A stretch of DNA of 64,000 nt, from the NCBI GenBank assembly GCA_964615415.1, contig CAZTNI010000002.1:4873-68872 (forward strand), in the 5' to 3' direction. A program made the position numbers and the translations under genes. The notes under the pieces are model-generated. The model had not been told where the DNA came from. It made no database searches and saw only the letters and a list, made by a program, of their open reading frames with translations. Positions 46,390 to 56,179 of this stretch are shown one piece after another; positions within the stretch are counted from its first letter, which is position 1, and every line of letters begins with the position of its first letter. The DNA is from an uncultured Candidatus Saccharibacteria bacterium. Its GTDB lineage: Bacteria; Patescibacteriota; Minisyncoccia; Phycocordibacterales; SBAW01.

Positions 46390-46704
46390 TTACGAAAGTT
46401 CGTCGAGGCGCTGGCGGCTTTTCTCGCCTTTGTCGATCTGGAACTCGATGTGCGGCATAAAGACGCCCTTGATGCGTTTTTGGAAGAACTCTGAAAACTC
46501 GCCGCGGTTCCGGTTGGCGAAGGCGAGTGCGGCTTCCTCTGCACTTTCTGGAAGGACCGTAATGTAAATGATGCCGCGTTTGTTGTCGTCTGAAAGTCGC
46601 GCAGCAGTAACGGTGACGAGAGAGTTGCGATTCGCTTCGCGAACAAGGAATTCTGCAGCGACTTCTCTGAGTGCGTCAGTAATTTTGTCGTGGCGGTTAT
46701 TCAT
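46390..46704 (-). CDS. rbfA: ribosome-binding factor A
   Basis: RbfA pattern (R..KITDALREVAAEFL...LVTVTAARLSDD...IYITVL); immediately downstream of infB. Confidence 0.85.
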   Translation of the reverse strand: MNNRHDKITDALREVAAEFLVREANRNSLVTVTAARLSDDNKRGIIYITVLPESAEEAALAFANRNRGEFSEFFQKRIKGVFMPHIEFQIDKGEKSRQRLDELS

Positions 46705-46710
46705 AGAGTG

Positions 46711-48249
46711 CTACACGATAACAGTTTTAAATGACTCGATTCGGTCGCCGGCTGCAACATCAGCATTTGTTTTTACCATTGCGCCAAACTCTGATCCACT
46801 TTCAACTTTTTTCGCTGCAGTTTTTTGCGACTGGAGGCTCACAATCTCGCCCACGCCAAGTTCGAGGTCGCGGCGCATGATCTTTACTTCCGCGCCTTGG
46901 ATAAGCTCGCCCTCTTCGACACGACCGCCGAGTACGGTGCGTCCTTTGGTAGTACTAAAGATTTTTAGAATTTTTGCTGCGCCGGTTTTTTCCTGGCTTT
47001 GGTGGCGAGGGCGGCGCTTTTCGAGCTCTGCTCCTAGCCACTCAGTGAGTTTGTAAATAATGTTGAAGACAGGAATTTCTACACCAAGACGCTCGGCAAG
47101 GTCGCGCGCAGGGCTGTCTACTTTTACGTTAAAGCCTACAACGATGCCCGGGGTTTTGCCGCTCCCGACCAAGCGTACGTCGCCTTCTGAAATAGGACCG
47201 ACTCCTTGCGAAAGGACGCGCACTTCAAGCTTTTCAAACTTCGGCAGTTTTTCCATCTCGTGTACGACCGCATCGCCTGTCCCGGCAACGTCGGTTTTGA
47301 TAACCAGGGGAAGGACCATGCGCTCGCTTTCTTCGCTATCAAGAGATTGGGCCGCGCGTGTGGTGGTGCGCTTTTGGAGTTCTGCTGCAGTATCTTCTTC
47401 CGCTTCGCGTTTAGACTCTACCGCGTGCCACTTGCTGCCCACCGCAGGTAGGGTGCTGAACCCGATGATGCGAACCGGGCTTCCTGGTTTTGCTTCTTTA
47501 ATCGGTTTGCCTAAAAAGTTTTCCATGATGCGTACCGGAGCGAAGCTGCTGCCGGACACTACGTACTCGCCGCTCATAAGCGTGCCGTTTTGCACGATAA
47601 GTGTTGCAGAGAGGCCGCGCTTACCATCCACATTTGCTTCGATAACAAGGCCTTCGCCCGGAGCGTCGTGGTTTGCACTCAGTCCTTCCATTTCTGCAGC
47701 AAGGAGAATAAGGTCAAGGAGTTCTGGAATACCTGCGCCTGTTTTGCCCGAGACCGCAACGCACGGTACGGTGCCGCCCATGCCTTCTATAAATATGCTG
47801 TGTTCAAGGAGTGATGCTTTTGCGCGTTCGATATTAACGCCAGGTTTATCAATTTTAGTGAGTGCGACAATGTAGGGGATGCCAACCTCTTCGATCAGCT
47901 TCAGTGCCTCCATGGTTTGCGGCTTTACACCCTCTTCGCCAGAGACAACCAAAATAGCCACGTCTGCAACTTCCAGTCCGCGGGCGCGCATAGCCTTAAA
48001 TGCTTCGTGACCTGGCGTGTCGAGGAAAGTGATGCGGTGTTTGCCCGACGCGTTTTCGTGCTCGGCTTCATATGCCGAGAGGTGTTGTGTAATACCGCCG
48101 GCTTCTGTGTCGACGACGTTGGTGCGGCGGATATAGTCAAGAAGCGTCGACTTTCCGTGGTCGATGTGTCCCACAATAGCAACGATCGGGGGGCGGACCC
48201 CCGCTTCTAGCGCCTTATCTGCCATACTTGACGACCAGTATATATTCAA
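46711..48249 (-). CDS. infB: translation initiation factor IF-2 (N-terminally minimal)
   Basis: VAIVGHIDHGKSTLLD, DTPGHEAF, and the C-terminal IF-2 beta-barrel domains; 512 aa. Confidence 0.95.
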   Translation of the reverse strand: MNIYWSSSMADKALEAGVRPPIVAIVGHIDHGKSTLLDYIRRTNVVDTEAGGITQHLSAYEAEHENASGKHRITFLDTPGHEAFKAMRARGLEVADVAILVVSGEEGVKPQTMEALKLIEEVGIPYIVALTKIDKPGVNIERAKASLLEHSIFIEGMGGTVPCVAVSGKTGAGIPELLDLILLAAEMEGLSANHDAPGEGLVIEANVDGKRGLSATLIVQNGTLMSGEYVVSGSSFAPVRIMENFLGKPIKEAKPGSPVRIIGFSTLPAVGSKWHAVESKREAEEDTAAELQKRTTTRAAQSLDSEESERMVLPLVIKTDVAGTGDAVVHEMEKLPKFEKLEVRVLSQGVGPISEGDVRLVGSGKTPGIVVGFNVKVDSPARDLAERLGVEIPVFNIIYKLTEWLGAELEKRRPRHQSQEKTGAAKILKIFSTTKGRTVLGGRVEEGELIQGAEVKIMRRDLELGVGEIVSLQSQKTAAKKVESGSEFGAMVKTNADVAAGDRIESFKTVIV

Positions 48250-48285
48250 TTGTTCATAATTGCGAGCTGTGGTTAGATTGACTGT

Positions 48286-49488
48286 ATGTTTCCACTATTC
48301 TCAAAAAAACGCATCTATGTGGACGCAGCGGCTGCAACACCGCTCTCGGTGCGTGCAAAAAAAGAGCTGATCCGCTTGCTCAACCTCTTTGGCAACCCGG
48401 GTGCCTTGCACGACGAAGCAGTGTTTGCAAAAAACGAGCTAGAAACCGCGCGAGAAAAGATCGCCCAAGTACTCGCCGCACAAGCAGAAGAACTTATTTT
48501 TACGGCAAGCGGTACGGAAGCAAATAACTTGGCGATCCAAGGTGTGTTGCGTCCGCTTCTTGCAAAACATGGCGAGTTGCATGCAATCGCGTCGCGTATT
48601 GAACATGCGTCGGTCTTGGAACCACTGCGCGCGCTCGAACGCGAAGGACTGTACGTGACTGAACTCGAAGTAGACAGCGAAGGGTTTGTGACACTCGAGT
48701 CGCTTAAGGAGGCGATTACCGAAGAAACGGTGTTTATTTCTGTGCAGCTCATTAATAGCGAGGTTGGCACCATTCAAAACGTAAAAGAAATTTCTAAACT
48801 GGTACGCCAGGTGCGCAAAGAGCGCACTGCGAGCGGAAGTACGCTGCCTCTCTTTATACATAGCGACGCCGCACAAGCACCGCTTTGGCTTCCTCTTAAT
48901 ATAGAGAGTCTTGGTGTCGACCTCCTTACCCTTGATGCACAAAAAATACTTGGTCCAAAGGGTGTAGGGCTCCTGTATGTACGCCGCGGTGTGCCGATTG
49001 AACCGATTCTCTGGGGTGGGATGCAAGAGCGTGGATACCGCGCAGGGACAGAAAACGTGCCGCTTGCTGGTAGTTTTGCTGTTGCGTTTCTTGATGCGCA
49101 AGAGCGTGTGGAAGACTGCGCGCAACAAACGGCAGCGGTGCGCGACTTTTTAATAACAGAACTCAAAAAAGCATTCCCTGACGCAGTGATACATGGGCCT
49201 ACTGGTAAGGAGCGTGTGGCGAACAACGTCAACGTGTCTATTCCGGGTCTTCTGGGCGAGATGGCGGTTATTGCACTGAATAAGGAAGGAGTGGCAGCCT
49301 CGACGCGCTCGGCATGTAGTACCGGGGAAGAGAGTGTCTCCCATGTGTTAGAAGCGCTTGGTATATCGCAGCAAACAGCGCTCGAAGCATTTCGGCTTAC
49401 GTTGTTACCGTCAGCAACAAAAAATGAAATGAAGGCTCTCGTGCAAGCGCTGCTGAGGGTTGCTAGGACCCATCGTCGCGTGGTATAG
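48286..49488 (+). CDS. cysteine desulfurase (class V aminotransferase, IscS/NifS family)
   Basis: PLP-Lys region LTLDAQKILGPKGVGLLYVRR and the active-site Cys loop SACSTGEE. Confidence 0.9.
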   Translation: MFPLFSKKRIYVDAAAATPLSVRAKKELIRLLNLFGNPGALHDEAVFAKNELETAREKIAQVLAAQAEELIFTASGTEANNLAIQGVLRPLLAKHGELHAIASRIEHASVLEPLRALEREGLYVTELEVDSEGFVTLESLKEAITEETVFISVQLINSEVGTIQNVKEISKLVRQVRKERTASGSTLPLFIHSDAAQAPLWLPLNIESLGVDLLTLDAQKILGPKGVGLLYVRRGVPIEPILWGGMQERGYRAGTENVPLAGSFAVAFLDAQERVEDCAQQTAAVRDFLITELKKAFPDAVIHGPTGKERVANNVNVSIPGLLGEMAVIALNKEGVAASTRSACSTGEESVSHVLEALGISQQTALEAFRLTLLPSATKNEMKALVQALLRVARTHRRVV

Positions 49489-49521
49489 TTTAGGGTATCA
49501 GCGTCCTTTACTGTACACACC

Positions 49522-50325
49522 ATGGATCTAGAACAGCTTACTAAGCATCAGATCGTACTACTCACGCTTCTTGTGTCTTTTGTTACGTCAATTGCCACAG
49601 GAATCGTCACGGTCTCGCTTATGGAGCAGGCGCCGGAAGGGGTAACCAGGGTGGTCAATCAAATTGTTGAGCACACCGTCGAAAAAGTAGTTCCCTCAAC
49701 CCAAGGCGCAGCTGTCATCTCCACGGAAAAAACAGTTGTGGTGAAGGATGATGATCTTGCTGCCCAATCGATCGCGCAAGTGCGGAAGGGAATTGTCCGT
49801 GTTGTCGCAAAGGGGAGTGACGACCTTGTCGCTCGCGGCGTTATCACAAACGCAGATGGCGCAGCACTGACAGACAAAGCAGCTCTTCAACAAGCAAAGT
49901 CCGATACATTTGAAGCAATTCTCCCTTCCGGAGAGCGTGTGGCGCTGGAGGTCGTAGCAAACGGAACAAGTAGTCCCTTTGCAACACTGAAGTTAGCGCT
50001 TGGCACCACCACCGCGGTCACTCCTATTTCATTTGCCGACATCCATAAGCTATCGCTTGGTCAAAGCGTGATTCGGATCGGCGGAGTAGGAAGCGATACG
50101 GTAGGAACCGGCGTTGTTGCCTCGCTCCCTGATGCACAGCCAGGAGAATTCACAAAAGTAGAAGCAAGTGTTTCGTCAGTAACCCCCGGTTCAGTACTTA
50201 TTACCTTGTTTGGGGAAGTTATCGGTCTTGTCATTAGTGCACCTTCGGCAGATTCCACTACCTATATATCTCCTGCATCTCCTGCTGCCGCCCCAGAAGC
50301 AACTGTAACCGTTCCTAATTCTTAA
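49522..50325 (+). CDS. membrane-anchored trypsin/HtrA-like fold protein lacking the catalytic Ser and His (pseudo-protease)
   Basis: [10 protein letters not shown] in place of the ILTNNHV His box; [16 protein letters not shown] in place of GNSGGPLVNxxGEVIGIN; a retained [10 protein letters not shown]-like Asp-region scaffold. Confidence 0.4.
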   Translation: MDLEQLTKHQIVLLTLLVSFVTSIATGIVTVSLMEQAPEGVTRVVNQIVEHTVEKVVPSTQGAAVISTEKTVVVKDDDLAAQSIAQVRKGIVRVVAKGSDDLVARGVITNADGAALTDKAALQQAKSDTFEAILPSGERVALEVVANGTSSPFATLKLALGTTTAVTPISFADIHKLSLGQSVIRIGGVGSDTVGTGVVASLPDAQPGEFTKVEASVSSVTPGSVLITLFGEVIGLVISAPSADSTTYISPASPAAAPEATVTVPNS

Positions 50326-50332
50326 AATACAT

Positions 50333-53029
50333 ATGCCACCATTTAATCACTTCACCACAAAAGCAAAGGAAGCGGTGCGACGAGCTCATGAGCTCGCTGT
50401 TGAGCGTGCGCAAAATCAGGTCTCTCCGATGCACCTGCTCGCGGCACTCCTTATACAAGAAGAGAGTTTGGTGACAACGGTACTCGATAAGCTCGAGGTA
50501 GACGTTGTGCTGCTTACCGACACCGTGCTCGAGTCGCTCGAAGCAGGTTCAAATGGTTCGGTGCTTTCACCGTCCTACCAGCTTTACCTGACGCCAGACT
50601 TGGTCCAGGCTCTTGAGCGTTCAAGTAAGGTTGCAGCAGAACTCCACGATGAATTTGTTTCGACTGAACACCTTTTTATTGCAATTCTCGATATTCCTGG
50701 CGCTACGCGCGACTTGCTTGCACGTTTCCGCATTGCGCGCGACAGCGTTGTTCGCACGCTTACTGAGCTTCGCTCAACAAAACCAACAAGTACCGAGCAG
50801 AAGAAATTCCGCGCGCTACCAAAATATACACGCTCACTTACCAAGCTTGCGCTTGAAAACAAACTCGACCCAGTTATTGGTCGCGACGAAGAAATTCAGC
50901 GTGTGATCCAAATTCTTTCTCGCCGTACGAAAAATAATCCGATTTTGATCGGTGAAGCCGGCGTTGGTAAAACTGCTATTGCAGAAGGTCTTGCAAGTCG
51001 TATTGCAACTGGCGACGTGCCGGACTCATTGCGCGACAAGGACCTGGTGTCGCTCGACTTGGGCTCTCTTATTGCCGGTACCAAGTATCGCGGCGAATTC
51101 GAAGAGCGCCTGAAGGCGATTATGAAAGAAATCGAGCGCTCAGAAGGGAAGATACTTCTCTTTGTTGACGAAATTCATACCATGATTGGTGCCGGTGCGG
51201 CAGAGGGCGCTATGGATGCCTCAAATATGCTGAAGCCCGCTCTGGCTCGTGGCGACCTCCACTTGATTGGCGCGACGACACTGCGCGAGTATCAGAAGCA
51301 TATTGAACGCGACCCGGCCTTCCAACGTCGCTTCCAACCGGTTCATGTGCTCGAGCCATCGCTCGACGATGCAACTTCTATTTTGCGTGGACTTAAGGAA
51401 AAGTATGAGCTCTTCCACGGTGTACACATTACCGACGACGCGATTGTGTCGGCGGTGCAGCTTTCTGCGCGCTATATTCCAGACCGCTTCCTTCCGGACA
51501 AAGCAATCGACCTTATCGACGAAGCAGCATCATCGCTGCGCATTAGTTTGGAAAATAAACCACCAGTTCTTGAAGACGCACATCGCAAGATTATGCGCCT
51601 TGAGGTTGAAAAAGAGGCGCTTCGCAAAGAAGCGGAGTCTGAAACGGGCGGCCGCGATGCAAAGGCACGCGTAAAAAACATTGAGCGCGAAATCGCAGAA
51701 CTCAAAGAAAAGACGAGTGAAATCGAGATGCGCTGGAAAAACGAGAAGCAAATTCTCGCCGACATTAAGAGCATCAAAAAAGAACTTGAAGGTTTACGCA
51801 TTGAAGCCGAGGCGGCAGAGTCGACGGTAGACCTCTCTCGTGCGGCAGAAATCCGTTACGGCGAAATTCCGTCGCTTGAACGCGAACTCGAACAAAAGAC
51901 CAAGCGTCTTAAAAAACTCCAAAGTACTCGCCGTCTGCTTAAAGAAGAAATCAGCGGCAACGATATTGCAGGAGTGGTGTCCAAGTGGACCGGTATTCCA
52001 GTCTCACGCATGCTCGAAGAAGAGGCAGAAAAACTTTCTCGCATTGAAGCGGAGTTGGAGAAGCGCGTGGTTGGACAGTCTGAAGCAGTACAAAAAGTTG
52101 CGGATGCGGTAAAACGCTCGCGCGCAGGTATTGCTGACCCGAACCGCCCCATCGCCTCATTTATGTTCCTTGGCCCAACCGGCGTCGGTAAAACAGAGCT
52201 CACGAAAGCACTCGCGGAGTTTATGTTTAACGATGACAAGGCACTCATCCGCGTCGACATGTCGGAATACATGGAGAAGCACGCCGTCTCGCGCATTATC
52301 GGTGCTCCACCAGGCTACGTGGGTCATGAAGAGGGAGGAACGCTTACAGAGTTGGTGCGTCATCGTCCATACGCGGTGGTGCTCTTCGACGAAATTGAGA
52401 AGGCTCATCCAGAAGTATTCAACATTCTTCTCCAAGTGCTCGACAACGGACATTTAACTGACTCAAAGGGTCGCAAAGTTAACTTCCGTAACACGATCAT
52501 CATCATGACTTCGAATATTGGTGCGCAGCACATCGATAAGATGGAGCAGATTGGCTTCAATATTGCAGGCAATGATGCTGAGCAGTACAAGATGGCTAAG
52601 GAACGCGTGCAGCAGTCTCTTAAGGACTACTTCCGTCCAGAATTCCTTAACCGTATCGACGAAACCATTATCTTCAACATCCTCTCTCCAGAGGCAGTTA
52701 AAGATATTGTGTCTATCCAGGTGAAGGAGGTTGTAGAGCGGCTCGCTCAAAAGGATATTACGCTCACGCTGACTCCGGATGTGTATACGTTCCTCGGTAA
52801 AGAGGGCTACAACCCACACTACGGCGCTCGACCACTCCGCCGCCTTATCCAGGACAAGATCCTGACCAAGATCGCAAGCTTAATGGTCTCGCGCGGCGTA
52901 CTCTCGGGCGGCAGCGTTACAGTAGGAATGAAAAACGGTGAGTTTATCTTCGATGTAAAGAAAACAGGGAAGAGTAAGGGGATGAAAGTAACGTCCGCCG
53001 CAATAGCAGAAGAGAAGATTGGGGCGTAA
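50333..53029 (+). CDS. clpB: ATP-dependent chaperone ClpB
   Basis: Two AAA+ modules ([15 protein letters not shown]; [15 protein letters not shown]) with the long middle coiled-coil; 898 aa. Confidence 0.95.
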   Translation: MPPFNHFTTKAKEAVRRAHELAVERAQNQVSPMHLLAALLIQEESLVTTVLDKLEVDVVLLTDTVLESLEAGSNGSVLSPSYQLYLTPDLVQALERSSKVAAELHDEFVSTEHLFIAILDIPGATRDLLARFRIARDSVVRTLTELRSTKPTSTEQKKFRALPKYTRSLTKLALENKLDPVIGRDEEIQRVIQILSRRTKNNPILIGEAGVGKTAIAEGLASRIATGDVPDSLRDKDLVSLDLGSLIAGTKYRGEFEERLKAIMKEIERSEGKILLFVDEIHTMIGAGAAEGAMDASNMLKPALARGDLHLIGATTLREYQKHIERDPAFQRRFQPVHVLEPSLDDATSILRGLKEKYELFHGVHITDDAIVSAVQLSARYIPDRFLPDKAIDLIDEAASSLRISLENKPPVLEDAHRKIMRLEVEKEALRKEAESETGGRDAKARVKNIEREIAELKEKTSEIEMRWKNEKQILADIKSIKKELEGLRIEAEAAESTVDLSRAAEIRYGEIPSLERELEQKTKRLKKLQSTRRLLKEEISGNDIAGVVSKWTGIPVSRMLEEEAEKLSRIEAELEKRVVGQSEAVQKVADAVKRSRAGIADPNRPIASFMFLGPTGVGKTELTKALAEFMFNDDKALIRVDMSEYMEKHAVSRIIGAPPGYVGHEEGGTLTELVRHRPYAVVLFDEIEKAHPEVFNILLQVLDNGHLTDSKGRKVNFRNTIIIMTSNIGAQHIDKMEQIGFNIAGNDAEQYKMAKERVQQSLKDYFRPEFLNRIDETIIFNILSPEAVKDIVSIQVKEVVERLAQKDITLTLTPDVYTFLGKEGYNPHYGARPLRRLIQDKILTKIASLMVSRGVLSGGSVTVGMKNGEFIFDVKKTGKSKGMKVTSAAIAEEKIGA

Positions 53030-53035
53030 AAGAAA

Positions 53036-53066
53036 AACCGCCGGGAATATCCCGGCGGTTTTTTGT
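53036..53066. terminator. bidirectional rho-independent terminator
   Basis: AACCGCCGGGA-atat-CCCGGCGGTT followed by TTTTGTT. Confidence 0.75.
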
Positions 53067-53431
53067 TATCGTCCGTAGCGGACTATAGGTATGAGTGCAC
53101 CGCCAACAAGAGGCGAGCTGTACATGCTCATCTGCCGCACACGAGGTGTGTAGTAGAGCGGACGGAAGACGCTTCGAGGAGACGCTCCGGCAATGCGCCA
53201 GCCATTCCACCTCAGGAACCAGGGCAGGCGGTAGGGCTTTTTCTTTGCTCGCACCAGCTGGTTGTAGCAGATGTCGAGGACGATGCCGGAGACTATGATG
53301 ATCGTAATCCCAGCTACTTCTGCGATGAAGAGTAGAGTAAGTACCAGTCCGTCCATAAGTACGAATATAAGTGGAGCAAGGAGTGTGCCCGCCGCAGTGC
53401 CCAAGGCAAACACGATAAGAAGGAGTTCCAT
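53066..53431 (-). CDS. small polytopic membrane protein
   Basis: Shine-Dalgarno GGAGG 5 nt upstream of ATG (MELLLIVFALG...); three hydrophobic helices. Confidence 0.5.
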   Translation of the reverse strand: MELLLIVFALGTAAGTLLAPLIFVLMDGLVLTLLFIAEVAGITIIIVSGIVLDICYNQLVRAKKKPYRLPWFLRWNGWRIAGASPRSVFRPLYYTPRVRQMSMYSSPLVGGALIPIVRYGR

Positions 53432-53542
53432 CACAGCCTCCGTTGAAAGTGCATTTCTGGAGACACTATACAGGAAATTTGTTTTGGGAAAAGAAAAGCC
53501 GCCCAACCGAAGTCGGGCTAAGCCTTTCTTCGGGTGGGCGGG

Positions 53543-53737
53543 TTAGGTTCTGTTGCAGCGAGTAATGATTTCGTCTTTGATAGCCGAGATCATTTCGTTG
53601 CGAACAGGATTCATGCTGTCTCCTCGTGCGCCTGCTCTGACTTCTCGCTCGAGTTTATCCACTAGCTGTTGAGGGGTTAGTGTTTTTACATGATCAGATA
53701 CGGCCACCTTGTTTTCCTTCTGTTGCGCGGGAAACAA
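53543..53737 (-). CDS. hypothetical 64-aa protein
   Basis: ORF only; no motif. Confidence 0.25.
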   Translation of the reverse strand: MFPAQQKENKVAVSDHVKTLTPQQLVDKLEREVRAGARGDSMNPVRNEMISAIKDEIITRCNRT

Positions 53738-53988
53738 CTGCTCGAAGGCGTTTTATCATAAAAATATTAAAACGTCAAATTAGAGAGGGGAGGATTCGGT
53801 CACAAATAAACTTTTATCGTCACAAAAGTTTTTCGCGACCCCGGATTGTCTTGTGCGGACACGAATAATCCTCCGCCGTCGCTACGGATTTTCGCGATCC
53901 CCGCCTCGCGGTTTTGCAAGTGCAAAACATCGCTGCGGCCGCGCACTACGCAAAAATGCCTCCCGCAGGGGAGGCATTTTTGTCTTAG

Positions 53989-54071
53989 TGCGCCGGGTAG
54001 GATTCGAACCTACGTAGCCCGAAGGCGACAGATTTACAGTCTGTTGTAATTGACCACTCTACCACCGACGC
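53989..54071 (-). tRNA. tRNA-Tyr (anticodon GTA)
   Basis: Anticodon loop CTGTAAA; long variable arm (bacterial type); followed by a hairpin terminator at 53950-53978. Confidence 0.85.
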
Positions 54072-54133
54072 ATCCACATTAAAATACACTATTTGACCAT
54101 CCTCTGCAAAAGTCGTGGTAGAGTTTTCTGTAT

Positions 54134-55270
54134 ATGCCTCGTAAGCGGAAGGCTCTTGCACTTTTTTCAATTGGTATCGCACTCCTGCTTCCTGTCTTTA
54201 CCTATGCCCAAATACAGCCGAGCGGGGCGGGACTTGTGCCGTGCGGCGTTACACAAGACAGTCCTTTAAGTACAGAAAAAGATGTTGGAGTTGCTACAGA
54301 ATGCGAAGCCTGCCACTTGGTGCAGCTTACGCAAAATATTATCCACTTCCTGATAGGCCTTGCGGTTTCAATTGCAGTATTGATGTTTGCGTGGGCGGGT
54401 ATCCTCTTCTTTACCTCGAATGCAAATCCGGAGAAGATTAACAAAGGTAAGCGCATCTTCGGACAAACATTGTTTGGGTTCCTATTAGCGCTCTGTGCGT
54501 GGATTATAGTTAACACCCTCCTTTTTATTCTTATTGACCAACAGCAGTTCCCGCAAAGCACCTGGTTTGAAGTTGAATGTGCGAAAAGTCGGGCTGTAGT
54601 GGCCGATAAGGAGTTTGGTCAAATCGTGCTCGGCGCTATTGGTAACGTAGAATCTATACCGCTCTTTAAAATACAAGATGGCACCAGGCCGGACGGACAG
54701 TATTCATGTCCTGCTGGCTTTACGTACGACACGACTGCGCGTATGTGTCTGAACGGACAAGGGGGTGCAGAAGAGCCCGACTTTATTGCGCCTCTCGGCA
54801 GTGGAGCATTCACTCCTAATAGTGAAGCTACTGTCGATTTTGGATCTTGCGGAGGGGAGGGAAGTATTGGTAGCAGAATTATGCGGTGTGCCACCTTGTA
54901 TGCGGACTCAAGAGTAAGTTCTGCTAAGTGTAGTCCCAATGTAGATGGAGGAAACCTGGCATGTGCATGTATGGTAAACAAAATTCTTAACGGCGCCGGT
55001 ATTTTGTCTATAGATGCGGACAGTGTTCCTGATATGGTTGCGGCCCTAAAAGCTGGCAGAGGAAGGCAGATTTCTATTCAATCTGCGCAGCCTGGAGACA
55101 TTGTGTTTTGGCAATACACGAGCCCAAGAAGAAGCCATGTGGGTATTTGTGCAACTCCAGGCTGTACCCAGGTATACAGTAATTCCTCAAGTCAGGCCGT
55201 TGTACGTCTCACTACAAGTGATTATCTGGGCGTCGACCCTTCATCTGTTTATCGGATAAATGACTTCTAA
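54134..55270 (+). CDS. fusion: pilin-like N-terminal module (same family as 37661-39118) + C-terminal NlpC/P60-like cysteine peptidase (cell-wall hydrolase) domain
   Basis: N-terminus: signal peptide, CxxC, then IIHFLIGLAVSIAVLMFAWAGILFFTSNANPEKINKGKRIFGQTLFGFLLALCAWIIVNTLLFILID. C-terminus: Cys in NLACACMVNKIL and His in PGDIVFWQYTSPRRSHVGIC (papain-like Cys...His order). Confidence 0.6.
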   Translation: MPRKRKALALFSIGIALLLPVFTYAQIQPSGAGLVPCGVTQDSPLSTEKDVGVATECEACHLVQLTQNIIHFLIGLAVSIAVLMFAWAGILFFTSNANPEKINKGKRIFGQTLFGFLLALCAWIIVNTLLFILIDQQQFPQSTWFEVECAKSRAVVADKEFGQIVLGAIGNVESIPLFKIQDGTRPDGQYSCPAGFTYDTTARMCLNGQGGAEEPDFIAPLGSGAFTPNSEATVDFGSCGGEGSIGSRIMRCATLYADSRVSSAKCSPNVDGGNLACACMVNKILNGAGILSIDADSVPDMVAALKAGRGRQISIQSAQPGDIVFWQYTSPRRSHVGICATPGCTQVYSNSSSQAVVRLTTSDYLGVDPSSVYRINDF

Positions 55271-55274
55271 CTAT

Positions 55275-55754
55275 ATGAATAAATCAATCACCGTACTAAT
55301 AGTTATATGTATCCTTGTGATCCTCGGTGTTGCCGCGGTCTTGTTTTGGCCACGCGCAACTATGCCTGTCCCTAATGAAACACCAGGTCTGCCTGTCTCA
55401 GGGAATTCTAATACTAACGGTACTGTTTCAATTCCGGTTCAAAACGAAGGGGGTGGCAATTCGCAGCTTTCTGCTGAACAACGCGCTGTACAGGAGACGT
55501 ACTGGGCGCCTTTTGTAACCGACGGAAATAACGATAATGTGCGGCTTGGTAATACTGCCGTAGTAGAAGAATGGGCACTCCAAAAGTGGGTAGGAGATGA
55601 GACGGGAGGAGAAGCCCTACTTCGGTACGATAGTGTAAGTAAGGCGTGGGTGGTGGTGGACGTGGGCGGTGGAGCCTGGAGCGTCGATGCACTTGTCCGT
55701 GCGGGTGTACCTGAAAGCGTGGCAGGCTCTCTCCTTAGCAAACTGCGTCAATAA
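55275..55754 (+). CDS. membrane-anchored hypothetical protein
   Basis: N-terminal TM (ITVLIVICILVILGVAAVLF); the start overlaps the upstream gene end. Confidence 0.5.
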   Translation: MNKSITVLIVICILVILGVAAVLFWPRATMPVPNETPGLPVSGNSNTNGTVSIPVQNEGGGNSQLSAEQRAVQETYWAPFVTDGNNDNVRLGNTAVVEEWALQKWVGDETGGEALLRYDSVSKAWVVVDVGGGAWSVDALVRAGVPESVAGSLLSKLRQ

Positions 55755-55812
55755 CAGGATACAGGCCTATATATTGCATATTTGGCATTCTTGGGTTATA
55801 GTCCTAGCACCA

Positions 55813-55972
55813 TATGTCACAGGATAGACTCATAAAACTCGCCTGCCAGAAGTGCAAGCGCATTAACTATTGGTCAAGCAAGAATAAGAAGCTGGTGACC
55901 CGCAAGATCGAGCTGAAGAAGTACTGCAAGTGGTGCAAGGCTTCTACGGTACACAAAGAGGCTAAGAAATAA
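55813..55972 (+). CDS. rpmG: 50S ribosomal protein bL33
   Basis: Hand-translated 53 aa: MSQDRLIKLACQKCKRINYWSSKNKKLVTRKIELKKYCKWCKASTVHKEAKK. It shows the C-x2-C...C-x2-C zinc ribbon and is followed by a terminator. It is not in the ORF track because it is shorter than 60 aa. Confidence 0.85.
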
Positions 55973-55985
55973 CTCTCCTCAACAC

Positions 55986-56015
55986 AAAACCGCCCCCGAA
56001 AGGGGCGGTTTTGTT
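55986..56015. terminator. bidirectional rho-independent terminator
   Basis: AAACCGCCCC-cgaaa-GGGGCGGTTT followed by TGTT. Confidence 0.75.
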
Positions 56016-56017
56016 AT

Positions 56018-56088
56018 CTTGGGCGGACCCACGAGGATTCGAACCTCGATCAACGGTTTTGGAGACCGCTATTCTACCATTGAACTAT
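56018..56088 (-). tRNA. tRNA-Gly (anticodon TCC)
   Basis: Acceptor GGACCCA/TGGGTCC; anticodon loop CTCCAAA. Confidence 0.85.
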
Positions 56089-56179
56089 GGGTCCTTTTTT
56101 GCGACCTTCGCCCAGTTTTCTAGAACTGCATATTCTATCCCGGAACTATGGGTCCTTGGGGTCGAGTATACCCTAAGCC

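Noticed and set aside
47060-47875. A 271-aa + strand ORF inside infB
   Set aside because: It is antisense to IF-2 and its composition is low-complexity Ser/Ala/Arg.
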